Shown here: piece by piece, positions 12,223-25,237 of the stretch
How positions within the stretch are numbered: the stretch's first letter is position 1
Layout of the letters: every line of letters starts with the position of its first letter
Source: Octopus vulgaris
Taxonomy: Eukaryota
DNA length: 64,000 bases
Reading direction: 5' to 3'
NCBI GenBank assembly: GCA_951406725.2
Contig: OX597821.1
Location: 8,742,001-8,806,000, forward strand
Translations under genes and position numbers: made by a program
The notes under the pieces: generated by a model
Told to the model about the DNA's origin: nothing
Database searches by the model: none
The model's input: only the letters and a program-made list of their open reading frames with translations

Positions 12223-13062
12223 TTTGAAAATTCACTGCTTATTTTACTGGGTATGATGGAAAGTGTAAGCTGTCCTCGGCCAGCAATATAAGGTATCACT
12301 TGTTTACTGGTCATGCTTCAAGAATCCTGCGTAGAATTGCTGCAGTTCCCAAAAATGCTGATTTTTGTAGGTGTTGTACCTTCACACTTGCAGCGATCTT
12401 TTTCAACCATGTTGGTAATTGAATGCTGATACATCCAAGTGCACCAATTACTATCGGAATCACGTCTACTCTTTTCATTGACCACAACCTTCGTATTTCC
12501 CACTTCAAATCGTCAAAGTTGTTTACTTTTTCTTCTTCCTTCACATTGATCCTGTTGTTGCCGGGGCATGTTATATCGATTATCAATACATGGTCATTCT
12601 TTATTATTCACCACAACAATGTCCAGTCCCGATGTCTGGTCATTTTCATTGACTCCTTCTGGAGTTTTTTCATACTACGTCTTCACTCTTTGTAGACCGT
12701 TATTTCCACAGAGCTCCCAATTGATCATTCTTACCACATTGTCATGGCGTCTATTGTATTCACGTTTTGGCAACTTCGGGCATTTGGTAACGATGAGTCA
12801 CACCGTTTGATCCCTCTCACCACACATTCTGCATTTGTTGCATTCGGTAGCAAGTAGTGTTGTCTATTCTGAATTTCATATAGTTGATCCTTAACGCTTG
12901 CTCACGAGCTGCGCATATGAGTGCTTCTGTCTCTATCTTCAGGTCACTTCTCCTCATCCATAGCTAGGGGTCCTCCATATCTGTTTTGGCGTTTACATCT
13001 CTTCCACACTGATCGTACATTTTCTTTTCCTTTCATGATTTTCTTTGTGTTCATTTCTTGTT
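12223..13062 (-). pseudogene. RLE-clade (R4/Dong-like) LINE 3' end, best preserved copy
   Basis: ETEALICAAREQALRINY, CRMCGERDQTV..IVTKCPKL, RRHDNVVRMINWELC, then ORF 12311-12586 IIDITCPG...DDLKWEIRRLWSMKRVDVIPIVIGALG...LQKSAFLGTAAILRRILEA*; short 3' UTR then trinucleotide tail. Confidence 0.9.
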
Positions 13063-13064
13063 TA

Positions 13065-13158
<94 letters not shown>

Positions 13159-13634
13159 GTGTGTGAGAGCAGTGCATGCCATCAAAGTGACACTGGGGTA
13201 AAATATACGAAGCCCAATATACCCATCATGACTACCCGTCTGATAAAGGTACACCAGGCACATGCATCACGACCAAATGTGCGCGACATGGTGATCTCAT
13301 ATCAAGATAAACAGCACATGACCTTGCAGGTGGGACCCAGTTAGAATTTTCTTCAGGTTGAGTAGCCCATCCCGCTCAAACGGTCCCTGAATAAGGGTTG
13401 TTTACGGATGTTGAAAGAACCACCCATGTTTCCAGAGGTGAACTATTCAAACCTCTAAGAATTCCTTTCAACACATGGCTATGATGCTCCCCCACTACTT
13501 CTGCTCGTGATCAGAGATGCACATATCGTCAGCCACTAAGGGACATGCTCAACTGGTTAAGGTCAAACAACTGACAAGCAAATCTGTGGTATTGAGCAGA
13601 ATATTTGCTGTAGCCCATCTTTTATACCAAGACA
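13159..13634 (-). mobile_element. Interspersed repeat family C, copy 2
   Basis: Homologous to 4593-5100; flanked by (ATT)n on both sides. Confidence 0.8.
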
Positions 13635-13638
13635 TTAC

Positions 13639-13690
<52 letters not shown>

Positions 13691-14094
13691 ATTCAAGTAC
13701 AGGAATCGATATCATCTGCGACATTTCTTTCCCCAAAGTGTATTGGCCTTAAGCCATTGTTAGAACTCACTATGATAATTATCATTATTGTTGTTGTTTG
13801 TCAGCTCAGAGTGGACTCTTATCGACCTTGTCTTAAGTCAAAGGCTTTCCTACCGTAACCATCTCCGCATTTTACGTATCTAGTATCTGTACAATTGTCC
13901 AATATGTTCTCTTTATTTTTAAAGACGATTTCATGAGGGTGTGATCTGAAGAAGTGTGATATTGTAACAATATCGAATGACAATAAGGAAAGATTCCTTG
14001 CGTAGGCTTGTCAGCCGGGCCTGTTCCAAGTATGTCGCAGATTTGTGAAAGCATTCTACCTGTACCTGTTTAAAGGACGAATATTGCTAAATTA

Positions 14095-14490
14095 TTCTTT
14101 ATTTTTCATCTTTTACCTGTTTCAGTCATTAGACCATGGCCATCCTGGGGCACCGTGTTGAAGGGTTTAGTCAAATAGACCTACACCAGTACTTATTCTA
14201 TTGATCTCTGGTGCCAAACCGTTAAGTCGCAAGGACCTAAATAAACTAAGTCCGTTTCTCAAGCAGTGGATGCTTAATTCCAAATACAAAGACACGCAGA
14301 CACACATACATACATATATTTTTATTTACAAAAGTGTTAGGTTTCTCTCTAACAAATAAGCTCATGTGCTATTGGTGGGCTCGGGTCTATAGTATAAAAA
14401 AGACATTCACTTAAAGTCTCACGCCGTGGGATAAAACTCGAAACTGCTTAACTGGAATTTGAGATACTTAACCATGAAGCTACGCTTGCA
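14095..14490 (-). mobile_element. SINE family A, degenerate
   Basis: CTGTTTCAGTCATTAGACCATGGCCATCCTGGGGCACCG...AGTACTTATTCTATTG... diverged reverse-complement match. Confidence 0.7.
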
Positions 14491-14604
14491 GCTGAATAGA
14501 TCCGTGTATAGGACCGATTCAAATTTCAACTTTGTATATCAATCAGATCGGTCTAGCGCCTTCTTTGACTATGAATGACAGGCAGTATTCCGCCGTCTGA
14601 GAAT

Positions 14605-14700
14605 CTGTTTGGCCTAGTGGTTAAAGTGTTGACTTATGATCACAAAATCGAGCGTTCTGTTTCTGGTCTGGGTTGCGCGTTCTGACATTGCGCGTTCTGA
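14605..14700 (+). mobile_element. Degenerate tRNA-like SINE head
   Basis: TGGCCTAGTGGTTAAAGTGTTGACTTATGATCACAAAATCG A-box/tRNA-like 5' half; B box decayed. Confidence 0.45.
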
Positions 14701-16882
14701 ATTGTTTCTAGTCTCTTCATCTGCAAGAAGACAACAGGTGATTCAGCCTTTTGTCTCTCTCTTTCACACGCGCGCGCGCGCACTGTCTCTCTCTTTGTTT
14801 CTCTTTCTGTTTCTCTCTCTGACTCTCTGTCGATCTATCTCTCTGTCTCTCTGAGTCTCTCTCTTTCTCTCTCTCTCTTTAATTCATTCGCAGACGTCAT
14901 ATATATTATCAAATTGACTGGGGATTCGAGTTTCGTTTTAATAGCATTTTATAGTTGAGTAAGCTTTTAAAAGCGAAACTCGAAGTCAATTATATATCAT
15001 CAATATTTACTCCACTTATTGTTTTTGTTGGTGCAGTTCTAGTTATTGGGAGGAAGTGGAACACTATCTTATCATCAGTATATCTTACTTCTTCTCCTCC
15101 CCACCTCCTCTTCCGCTCCAACTTCTCCTCCTCTTCCGCTCCACCTTCTCCTCCGCTCCACCTCCTCCTTCTCCGCTCCTCCTCCTCCTCCTACTCGATA
15201 TCATCATAGTCGTCATCGTCACCGTCATTGTCAACATATGCTTTAGTGGCAAAGACCTTATGCACAATTCTTTGATGCTTGCTGTGCCCATCTCTTTATA
15301 CAGGAATTTAGCTCATTACGAATTTCTCTTGTAAGTTTTATGCCAAATCCTAGCAATATGGTTGGTTGGAAAAGATCTGCAAATTTTTCTCTACACGTGC
15401 AAACATGTTAGCCGTATTCTTTTTGGTGTGGAGTATCAATATTGTTGTCTCTACAGCTCACTGTCGTTCTAACATTACCAGATTCTCCTCTGACAAAATT
15501 TTTCTATGCGACTTTAATAGCTAAATCACACCTGTAAGCCACCCATTAATTGTCAGTGTCGCAGTATCTTCCAGAACTTGATATAGATTCACTTTTGAAA
15601 GAAACCTGTAGTTGCGGAAACAACTTTGACATATGTTTCTTCCAAACACAAATCATAGACGAGAATAGACAGCAGCTGTCATGTTTATCTTTTTTCCGGA
15701 AATCTCTTGCTGAAAGTTAGAATCTTCTGGAAAATGTTATTCTCCCCATTATTTGCTTTTACGAATTTTTCCAAAGTTCTTCTCAGGTAATACGTGTTGA
15801 TGTTTACCACAAAATTTTTAGTCAACTAACCCAGGAAAAAAGGCTGTTTTCTTGGGGGAATATTGGATTTACACACAAAGTTCTTTTATGTTCACTTGGT
15901 GCATTGGTGCATTATGTAATATTCCAATGCTTTGTTGGAAAATGCCAAGCGCATACATCAGTATCAACTTTATATTAGTGTAGCTCTTCAACGGGCTTAG
16001 ATTTTCTGAGCGATACGTAATTAATAGCTTTTATTTTCATGACATCGGCGGTATTTTCTCTTAAAAACGCATTTAGAAACTTTAAAGCCTGATGCTAATT
16101 TTTCATTACTAGAAATAAACTCCTGTTACATATGCATATCCAGAAAAATCAGTTTCATCAGCAATTAATCTCCTGTGTAGCCTGCTTAACTACCTAAATT
16201 CATGAAAATCACCCCTGGATAGGAAATGGAATAGAAAAAGGCATTGCTATATTCAAATTTATTGAAATTAAAAAAATTAATAAATTAGATAATAATTCAA
16301 AAAAACCTAGACAGGTTTCAAGCACAAAAACTGTTTACTGTGCTTGTAGGTTGGTGAAAACAAAAAACGTTGGCTGCTCAAAAGAAGCAGTAATCAAAAA
16401 GTGATGTCAAACACGAAAACCTCTATTTTTTACTCAAAAAATGATGCTGAACTACAAATTCTCTAATTAATACTTTGGTTAATCAAACCTTGAACTGATA
16501 TCGAGCACAAAAAGACCATTTTTACGCAAAAAAATTGGTGTTAAACTGCAGAAGATGCTTTAAGTAAGTGTTAATTTATGAGTTGATAGGCAAAAATATA
16601 GCTGGGCAACCCAAGTAAAAGTGATAGGTAAAATGGAATTTTATGAACAAAACTTGTGGTCAGTAACGGAAACCGAGTCACGAAGCGTAATTGTGAAAAG
16701 CGTTTGAGTTTGGTCGCTAAAGCATGCATCCTCATGCTTAATTAACGCATCGATAATTAAATAATAATTAAAAAAAAAGATTTCGAAACCACCTGTACAA
16801 AACTATAACGCTAGGTCGAATAATGTTGCAAGAATGATGCAAACGGAAATTATGATATAATGATATTCTTATGCAATACATC

Positions 16883-18101
16883 AACAATAGTGTGTTTGAC
16901 CACCACCTTTCTGAATTATTTCAAAGACACTCAAGTGGAAGTTCTTCCCAGACTTTCTTCATTGCCCTTCCAAGTTCATCAACAAATGAATACTGCTTGC
17001 CTTCGCTGTACACAACATTCATGAGGTATTCCCTATAGAGGCGAGCTGGCAGAACCGTTAGCACGCCGGGCGAAATCCTTAGCGGTATTTTGTCTGCCGT
17101 TACGTTGTGAGTTCAAATTCCGCCGAGGTCGACTTTGCCTTTCACCCTTTCGGGGTCGATAAATTAAGTACCAGTTACGCACTGGGGTCGATGTAATCGA
17201 CTTAATACCTATATCTGTCCTTGTTTGTCCTCTCTGTGTTTAGCCCCTTGTGGGTAATAAAGAAATAGGTATTCCCTATAGAATTAAGGTGGAACTTCTC
17301 GCTGGTCATGGCATGAACGCCAATTGCATGGAACGCCAATTGCATGGGAGAAATCCAAAGTTGCCTTTGCTTTATGAATAGGAGTATTGTCTTGTTGTTG
17401 AAAGATAAAATTCTCACCATGGAACCTTCTTCGCTTTTCGTCAATGTGAGCTCCGTCCAACATACTAATGTACCGTGACGCATTGAAACAGCCTTCCATA
17501 ATGACAAGTAGCAACTTCCCATTGACAGGCACTTCTCCTCACACCATAAGTCCTCCCCCGCTGTCCTGCCACTTGTAATAAGCAGAAGTTTGTAAATATT
17601 TGTCTGCCTAGTAATACTTATGACCGTCGGTGCCATCCAAATTCCAATTTTTTCTCATCAGAGAAGAGACACCTGGTCCATTCACTGTCCCACGCCTGAT
17701 GCTGCCGAACAAACTCTGATCTAACAGCTTTGTGGGAAGGGGACAATAACGGACGCCCTAGGTGCCTCTTAAGGTGGACCATGGTTCAAAATCACTCTTG
17801 CTACGGGGCTCCTACTGTTACTGATGCCTCGATTTTGGAAACAGGAGAGCAGTGTGACTTCTTCACAACTCTGATAATGGCCCTTTCATTCCTTTTTGAT
17901 GTAACTTTGGGATGTCCATCAGCACGAACCCTGTTGTAGCTATCTGGTCCTGTTGTAAGCGTCGGGATCTTTCAGAAAATTCTCTACTGGCGTTCTGCCG
18001 CGCCGAATCTTCCCGGCAATCTTCCGGTTACTTAGTACTTCCTCTTTCAGTGCAAGAATCTTCCGTTGCTCGATTTCGGAAAGCTTTGTAGCTTTAGGCA
18101 T
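16883..18101 (-). pseudogene. Tc3-like transposase pseudogene
   Basis: ATG at 18101: MPKATKLSEIEQRKILALKEEVLSNRKIAGKIRRGRTPVENFLKDPDAY (Tc3-type HTH); WTRCLFSDEKKLELDG; FIFQQQDNTPIH; LNSIGN; C-terminal VFEIIQKGGGQTHY. Multiple frameshifts. Confidence 0.9.
17040..17266 (+). mobile_element. SINE family B (young variant) with 16-bp TSD
   Basis: AGGTATTCCCTATAGA at 17024-17039 and 17267-17282. Confidence 0.95.
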
Positions 18102-18405
18102 ACTGGATCACGGATATTACGACTGCACCGAATATTTTCCGAAACAATCTAAAAAGAAATGAAAATGTATTTGTGGGTTTATAGTTTTAAAGTGTGGGTA
18201 TAATAGGGAAAATTGAAATAGTGTTGTAATGAGATTATAAAGATACAAGATTTACTTTTCAAAGTTCATGTAATACCCATTTACAACAGATTATACCCCT
18301 TAGTCCACTAAAATACAGAGCAAAATTTCATAACAAACATTTCATAAAATTTCAGAGCAAAATAACCTAAAAAAAGAACGTATGGCTTTATAGTTTTGAA
18401 TAGTA

Positions 18406-18453
<48 letters not shown>

Positions 18454-18621
18454 GTTATCGCCATACTAATATGGCATTCTTATAAAAATAAGAATAAAGC
18501 TGTCCGCTTATTAGCTCCATGAGGCCATCGCCTTAAGTTAGCTATTTGATACACAAACTGTATCCATATAGAGAGACTTAGTAATTTTAATATTTCTATT
18601 ATATATATATATACATATATA

Positions 18622-18850
18622 TCTTCTTTTATTCTTTTACTTGTTTCAGTCATTTCTCTGCGACTATGCTGGAGCGCCGCATTGTAGAGTTTTAGTCAAA
18701 GAACTCTTTCTAAGCCTAGTATTCATTTTATCGGTCTCTTTTGCCGATCTTCTAATTAACAAGGACATAAACACACCACCATCGGTTGTCAAGCTACAGC
18801 AGGGGTACAATCGCAAACTCACATAAATACATGCATACATACACACACAC
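18622..18850 (-). mobile_element. SINE family A, 3' half
   Basis: TTTTACTTGTTTCAGTCATT...TATCGGTCTCTTTTGCCGA...ATCGGTTGTCAAGC. Confidence 0.75.
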
Positions 18851-19165
18851 ACATCTCTCTCTCTCTCTCACTTTATATATATATATATATATGTGTGTGT
18901 GTATGTATGTATATATATATGTATGTATATATATATATGTATGTGTATATATATATGTATGTATATATATATATATATATAGATATACATATACATATTT
19001 CTTATAAACATCAATTATGTATCACAGAAGTTGAGAGCCCAGTTGATAGCACAATGTGCGTGCGTATATGTGCATGTCTGTGTCTATGGACATGTGTGTG
19101 TGTATGTACATACGTGTGTTGTGTGTGTGTATGTACATGCGTGTGCGCGTGTGTGTATAAATTGT

Positions 19166-19206
<41 letters not shown>

Positions 19207-19320
19207 AAAAATGATTTAGTCAAGACTTAGATACCAACTGTTTATTTAGCCATTTCGCTCCAAAATTTTGCTTATCCAAATCCTGGCCCCTTCTTATTTT
19301 TCTGAGCATGTAGGTTATAC

Positions 19321-19431
19321 ATATATATGTATATATGTGTGTATGTATGTATGTATGTATGTATGTATGTATGTATGTATGTATGTATGTATGTATGTAT
19401 GTATGTATGTATGTATGTATGTATGTATGTA

Positions 19432-19467
<36 letters not shown>

Positions 19468-20822
19468 TGTATGTATGTATGTATGTATGTATGTATGTAT
19501 GTGTGTATGTATGCATGTATGTATGTATGTATGTATGTATGTATGTATTTTTCTGAGCATGTAGGTTATACACACATATATGTATATGTGTATGTATGCA
19601 TGTATGTATGTATGTATGTATGTATGTATGTATGTATGTATGTATGTATGTATGTATGTATGTATGTATGTATGTATGTATGTATGTATGTATGTATGTA
19701 TGTATGTATGTATGTATGTATGTATGTATGTATGTATGTATGTATGTATGTGTGTATGTATGTATGTATGTATGTATGTATGTGTGTATGTATGTATGTA
19801 TGTATGTATGTGTGTATGTATGTATGTATGTATGTGTGTATGTATGTATGTATGTATGTATGTGTGTATGTATGTATGTATGTATGTATGTATGTATGTA
19901 TGTGTGTATGTATGTATGTATGTATGTATGTATGTATGTATGTATGTATGTATGTGTGTATGTATGTGTGTATGTATGTATGTATGTATGTATGTATGTG
20001 TGTATGTATGTATGTATGTATGTATGTGTGTATGTATGTATGTGTGTATGTATGTATGTGTGTATGTATGTATGTATGTGTGTATGTATGTATGTATGTA
20101 TGTATGTATGTATGTATGTATGTATGTATGTATGTATGTATGTATGTATGTGTGTATGTATGTATGTATGTATGTATGTATGTATGTATGTATGTATGTA
20201 TGTATGTATGTATGTATGTATGTATGTATGTATGTATGTATGTATGTATGTGTGTATGTATGTATGTATGTATGTATGTATGTATGTATGTATGTATGTA
20301 TGTATGTGTGTATGTATGTATGTATGTATGTATGTATGTATGTGTGTATGTATGTATGTATGTATGTATGTATGTGTATGTATGTATGTATGTATGTATG
20401 TGTGTATGTATGTATGTATGTATGTGTGTATGTATGTATGTATGTATGTATGTATGTATGTATGTATGTATGTATGTATGTGTGTATGTATGTATGTATG
20501 TATGTATGTGTGTATGTATGTATGTATGTATGTATGTATGTATGTATGTATGTATGTATGTATGTGTGTATGTATGTATGTATGTATGTATGCATGTGTG
20601 TATGTATGTATGTATGTATGTATGTGTGTATGTATGTATGTATGTATGTGTGTATGTATGTATGTATGTATGTATGTATGTATGTATGTATGTATGTATG
20701 TATGTGTGTATGTATGTATGTATGTATGTATGTATGTATGTATGTATGTATGTATGTATGTATGTATGTATGTATGTATGTATGTATGTGTGTGTATGTA
20801 TGTATGTATGTATGTATGTATG

Positions 20823-20852
<30 letters not shown>
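19321..20852. repeat. About 1.5-kb (TATG)n tetranucleotide array with TGTG variants
   Basis: Direct inspection; source of the 424-552 aa YIHT/MYVC ORFs. Confidence 0.98.
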
Positions 20853-20853
<1 letters not shown>

Positions 20854-20948
20854 GTTCCCTTCTTTCCTGAGCGTCCAATAATACTGTATTTGTTCCACGT
20901 CCTCGCGTTGTTGTGTTTTTTTGTTTTTTTGTTTTCTTGTTTGGATTA

Positions 20949-21003
<55 letters not shown>

Positions 21004-21022
21004 TTATTTATTATATAGAAGG

Positions 21023-21073
21023 AGCTTCTACAGGACTAGAACTGTTTCATTCAAGAGAAATCATCAGGAAGCT
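21023..21073 (-). ncRNA. Type I hammerhead ribozyme motif (intact core)
   Basis: Minus strand: AGCTTC CTGATGA TTTC-TCTT-GAAT GAAA CAG-TTCTAGTC-CTG TA GAAGCT. Stem I 6 bp, short stem II with a terminal U.U, stem III 4 bp, GUA cleavage triplet. Confidence 0.75.
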
Positions 21074-21425
21074 AGTTAACAAGAATTGTTTTGGCATTTA
21101 TACATTTAGGCAGGTTTAAAGGGGTGGTGGTGGGGGACTTTTTGGGGGTAGGCATAGCGCAAAATATCATACTTAGGGGAGTGGTCAAGGAGTCAGTGGT
21201 AAAGTAGATAAAAGAATAAATAAAAGAATAAAACTCTATTCTTCTCTATATATATTTTTTATTTTTTTTATTCTTTTATTTATTCTTTTATCTACTTTAC
21301 CACTGACTCCTTGACCACTCCCTAAGTATGATATTTTTGCGCTATGCCTACCCCCAAAAAGTCCCCCACCACCACCCCTTTAAACCTGCCTAAATGTATA
21401 AATGCCAAAACAATTCTTGTTAACT

Positions 21426-21476
21426 AGCTTCCTGATGTTTTCTCTTGAATGAAACAGTTCTAGTCCTGTAGAAGCT
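21426..21476 (+). ncRNA. Hammerhead ribozyme motif, second copy with A9>U core change
   Basis: Same as 21023-21073 but the core reads CTGATGT. Confidence 0.6.
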
Positions 21477-21559
21477 CCTTCTATATAATAAATTAATTTT
21501 ACTCTGCTATGTATTGAGTACCTTATTTACTGTGGTTAACCCCGAATCAACCCGGGACC

Positions 21560-21605
<46 letters not shown>

Positions 21606-21871
21606 AAATAAAGTACAAAATAGGACAAGAACGCAAAACATCCGGACAACTAGGTGATAGAAAAAGGGGACAACAAAACATCCAGATAGACGATAAAAAA
21701 AAAACAGGGACGGATCATTGGAAGCGTTTTATCTTCAGTCAAGCACCGGATCATCCTCGCAATTTAGGTAAACACGTATCAATACCTAATAACAGCATCA
21801 TCAACAACAGGAACAGCAGCAGCGAGAACCGTAACATCATCAGCATTAACAACAATAACGCCTACACGTAA

Positions 21872-22263
21872 TCTTTATATATAAAAGTGAGGTTGTGTGC
21901 TGTCTGTCTCCTACGATTTAGATTCCTAACTACTCCCACATTTTGCGGTGCAGTTTAACCAAAACCGGGTATCTTATAGTCGTGATTCATTTCGAGCCCG
22001 TCTGGGTATTAGCGCGCGTAACGATGAGTCTACGATTAAAAATATTTACCATCAATTTTCCCATTTTTAATGCATTTTTGGCATATATAAGGGAAGTAAC
22101 TCTCTAAAAATTTATTATTAAATCTCAGAACGTAAAAAGCTGCAGTAACACCCCTCCCCTTGTGGTTAGCCATATTGAGATGGCTATTATACTTTACATC
22201 TCTAAAAATGCTTATATAGTTATTTCCCTTACAAACCCGAGCAACGCCGGGCGAAACTGCTAG
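21872..22263 (+). mobile_element. Non-autonomous Helitron (392 bp)
   Basis: Starts A|TC(TTTATATATAAAA), ends CTAG|T, with subterminal GC hairpin CCCGAGCAACGCCGGG at 22236-22251 and no TSD; these are canonical Helitron hallmarks. Confidence 0.85.
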
Positions 22264-22684
22264 TACATTATGAAATAGCTGACAGGGTGATGTTCCTTCT
22301 AGTATGTGCAATCTACATTTATATTTACATAGAAATATTCACAGATATAACGCAAGGAGATTGTGCAGACATTTACACAGGCTCATAGACGTATATAACA
22401 CTCATATCCACACCCACTCTACCTCTTTCTCTCTCTCTCTCTCTCTCACATAAATAGAAACGTACCCACGCGCGCGCCCGCACACATCCACACTCACATG
22501 AGCATATATTCTTCAGTGCTTTCTTTTGTATGGTGCACGTGCGCAATTTCAAGTGGTTGTGCTTTGCCTTTGGAGTTTATATATGTGTTTGTGTGTGTTA
22601 TATGCGTGTGGATAAATCTAGTGATAAGTATTTCTATAAATATGGATATTTCTTTATATGCGCATGTCTGTGCATATATGTATA

Positions 22685-22763
<79 letters not shown>

Positions 22764-22958
22764 CATATGTGTGCGCTGATATGTCTATGGAAATATGTGT
22801 ATATTTATTCATATATGTATATATGCACACACACACACACACACATCGTTCTTTTATGTTAACATGCATATGTCTGTCGACATATGCATAAATCATGCAT
22901 GTGATTAAATATGTATATATATTCACGCATTTTCATAATATATATAAAATACATATAG

Positions 22959-23075
<117 letters not shown>

Positions 23076-23305
23076 TACATACATACATGCATGCATGCAT
23101 TTATGCATTATATCTGCTACTAAGCTTCAGATATTTGTATATATAAAAATAAATCTGCCAATCTACATAAGTGTATACATTCTTATGATTTATATGAGCT
23201 GCTATAAATCACTCGATTTGGCCATACCATTTAAAAACAGTCATTGCCTTTTCGATTTTCTGCCTTTAACAGTAGCTCAATGGCAGCGTATGGGCAACGG
23301 TTTTA

Positions 23306-23537
23306 AGGCGGCGAGCTGGCAGAATCGTTAGCACGCCAGGCGAAATGCTTAGTGGTATTTCGTCTGCCGTTACGTTCTGGGTTCAAGTTCCGCCAAGGTC
23401 GACTTTGCCTTTCATCCTTTCGGAGTCGATTAAATAAGTACCAGTTACACACTGGGGTCGATATAATCGACTTAATCCGTTTGTCTGTCCTTTTTTATCC
23501 TTTCTGTGTTTAGCCCCTTGTGGGTAGTAAAGAAATA
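23306..23537 (+). mobile_element. SINE family B (young variant), full length
   Basis: GGCGGCGAGCTGGCAGAATCGTTAGC...AGTAAAGAAATA; short direct repeat GGTTTT at 23299-23304 and 23538-23543. Confidence 0.92.
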
Positions 23538-24154
23538 GGTTTTGGTGGAGGGTTGTTGGAATTTTTCGAATCCAAATCCAGCTTGACATTGACAACGGCA
23601 GTTAGCTGTTATCATCTTGACTAGAATGAGAAAATGCTTTTCATCAGATCAACTTCACTTGTTCTCATTTAAAAATTTTTTACTGAGTCTATTCTGACAT
23701 TCGTCTACACAGTATGATGTTGTCATTTTAGTAATATATGCATAAAATGAAGTGCCAATATATATATAGATCCCCAGGTACTACAACTGTTGCGAATTAT
23801 ATTTCAATAACTTCTCGTCATATTTATTCTGGTTGCAATGTGTTAGACGGCTGATTGTGTGAGGTATTAAATTTACTAATATTAAATTCTGTATTTTTGT
23901 CATCATGTAGTCGTCACTGTTACGTAAAATACGTCGCGTTTAGTCTCATCGCATTTACAATAGTTGTATAGAAGCAATCATATGTATATCTTAGTAATCA
24001 TTGTGAAAAAAGACTTCCATCTATCTCCGTTACAAGTCACCTCCCAGTAATCTCAAATAGATATCATATGCCCCACTTCACATTTAGGGTTTTTTCTGAA
24101 CATGGCATCAAATATACTTGCACTAATACTATTACTACAACTACTGCCACCAAG

Positions 24155-24158
24155 TGGC

Positions 24159-24189
<31 letters not shown>

Positions 24190-24257
24190 GTAATATTACT
24201 AGTAGTGGTAGTGGCAGTAGTAGTAATGTTAGTAGTAGTAGTAGTAGTAGTGGTAGC

Positions 24258-24332
<75 letters not shown>
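24155..24332. repeat. (AGT)n/(AGC)n microsatellite
   Basis: Direct inspection. Confidence 0.93.
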
Positions 24333-25179
24333 TAATATACTGTCAAGATAAACATGTTAAATGTAACAAGTAAATATTCCATTGAAGTAACATGAAATTG
24401 TATTGGGATGAGATAAAACCAGCTAACACCATAGCGTAATTTGAAATCGGTTTCATCTGATTACCCAATAATCTGAACTGGATGCACGTGTAATATGAAA
24501 CTGCTGCACAGTGAATGAGTAAACGAAACCTGACGATAGCTTTAACGCAAATCCTAATTACGGAAGCGACTGGCCGACTCAGTCAAGCTCTCCGCCTGGC
24601 GAGAGATCTATAGTTTCATCATAGATGGGAAGCCGCGATGTACTTTACGTAACAGTGCCGACAGCATGATGAGAACAATACAGAACTTAATATTAGTAAT
24701 TTTAATACCCCACACAATCGCACTGAGAATAATGAAATATATGGTTGTGAATTCGGAGTACTCCAGACCTAGCACTACATTATCTATCTAAGTCATAAGG
24801 AGTTGCGAAAGGCTGAATCCAATTTTTATATGATAGACTACAATAGCTTCCTAAGGTCAGCTACCTGCAGTGCCACCTATGCACACTAAAACTGGTTTTC
24901 ATTTTTACATCACACTGAAGTAAATCCATTTATTTCGTATACGCTCTAACCTTGTTTTGGGTATGTCCTTAGTAGTGTGCCTTGAAAGCACGTTCAGCAC
25001 TTATGGCTAACGGGCGTCATCCGCTGTACTGCGCATTAGTCGCAGGTTCTACTTAAGGAATTCTTCGGTACATGTTCAGTATATTTTGAATAATTGATAG
25101 GCAAGACAGAGTGTACTATAGGCTTAATTTAGCACGACGATCATTTCGTCTTACATCTACACTGCTTCCTTTGGACTTG

Positions 25180-25237
<58 letters not shown>

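Larger units (their letters stand above)
16788..18408 (-). mobile_element. Decayed Tc1/Tc3-like (DD34E) DNA transposon
   Basis: Imperfect TIRs sharing CAAAACTATAA (16798-16808; reverse complement at 18388-18398) enclosing a transposase pseudogene; interrupted by a SINE. Confidence 0.8.
21006..21560. mobile_element. Penelope-like inverted pseudo-LTR remnant (about 228-bp inverted repeat plus tail)
   Basis: Arms 21006-21233 and 21266-21493 are reverse complements with about 3 differences. Each carries a hammerhead motif; the element is embedded in (TA)n. Confidence 0.75.

Noticed and set aside
12311-12586. 91-aa ORF as a stand-alone host gene
   Set aside because: It is the C-terminal RLE portion of a broken LINE ORF with upstream stops and frameshifts
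19220-20949. Long ORFs of 424-552 aa (YIHT / MYVC repeats)
   Set aside because: Translations of the (TATG)n array, which lacks stop codons in several frames; no coding evidence
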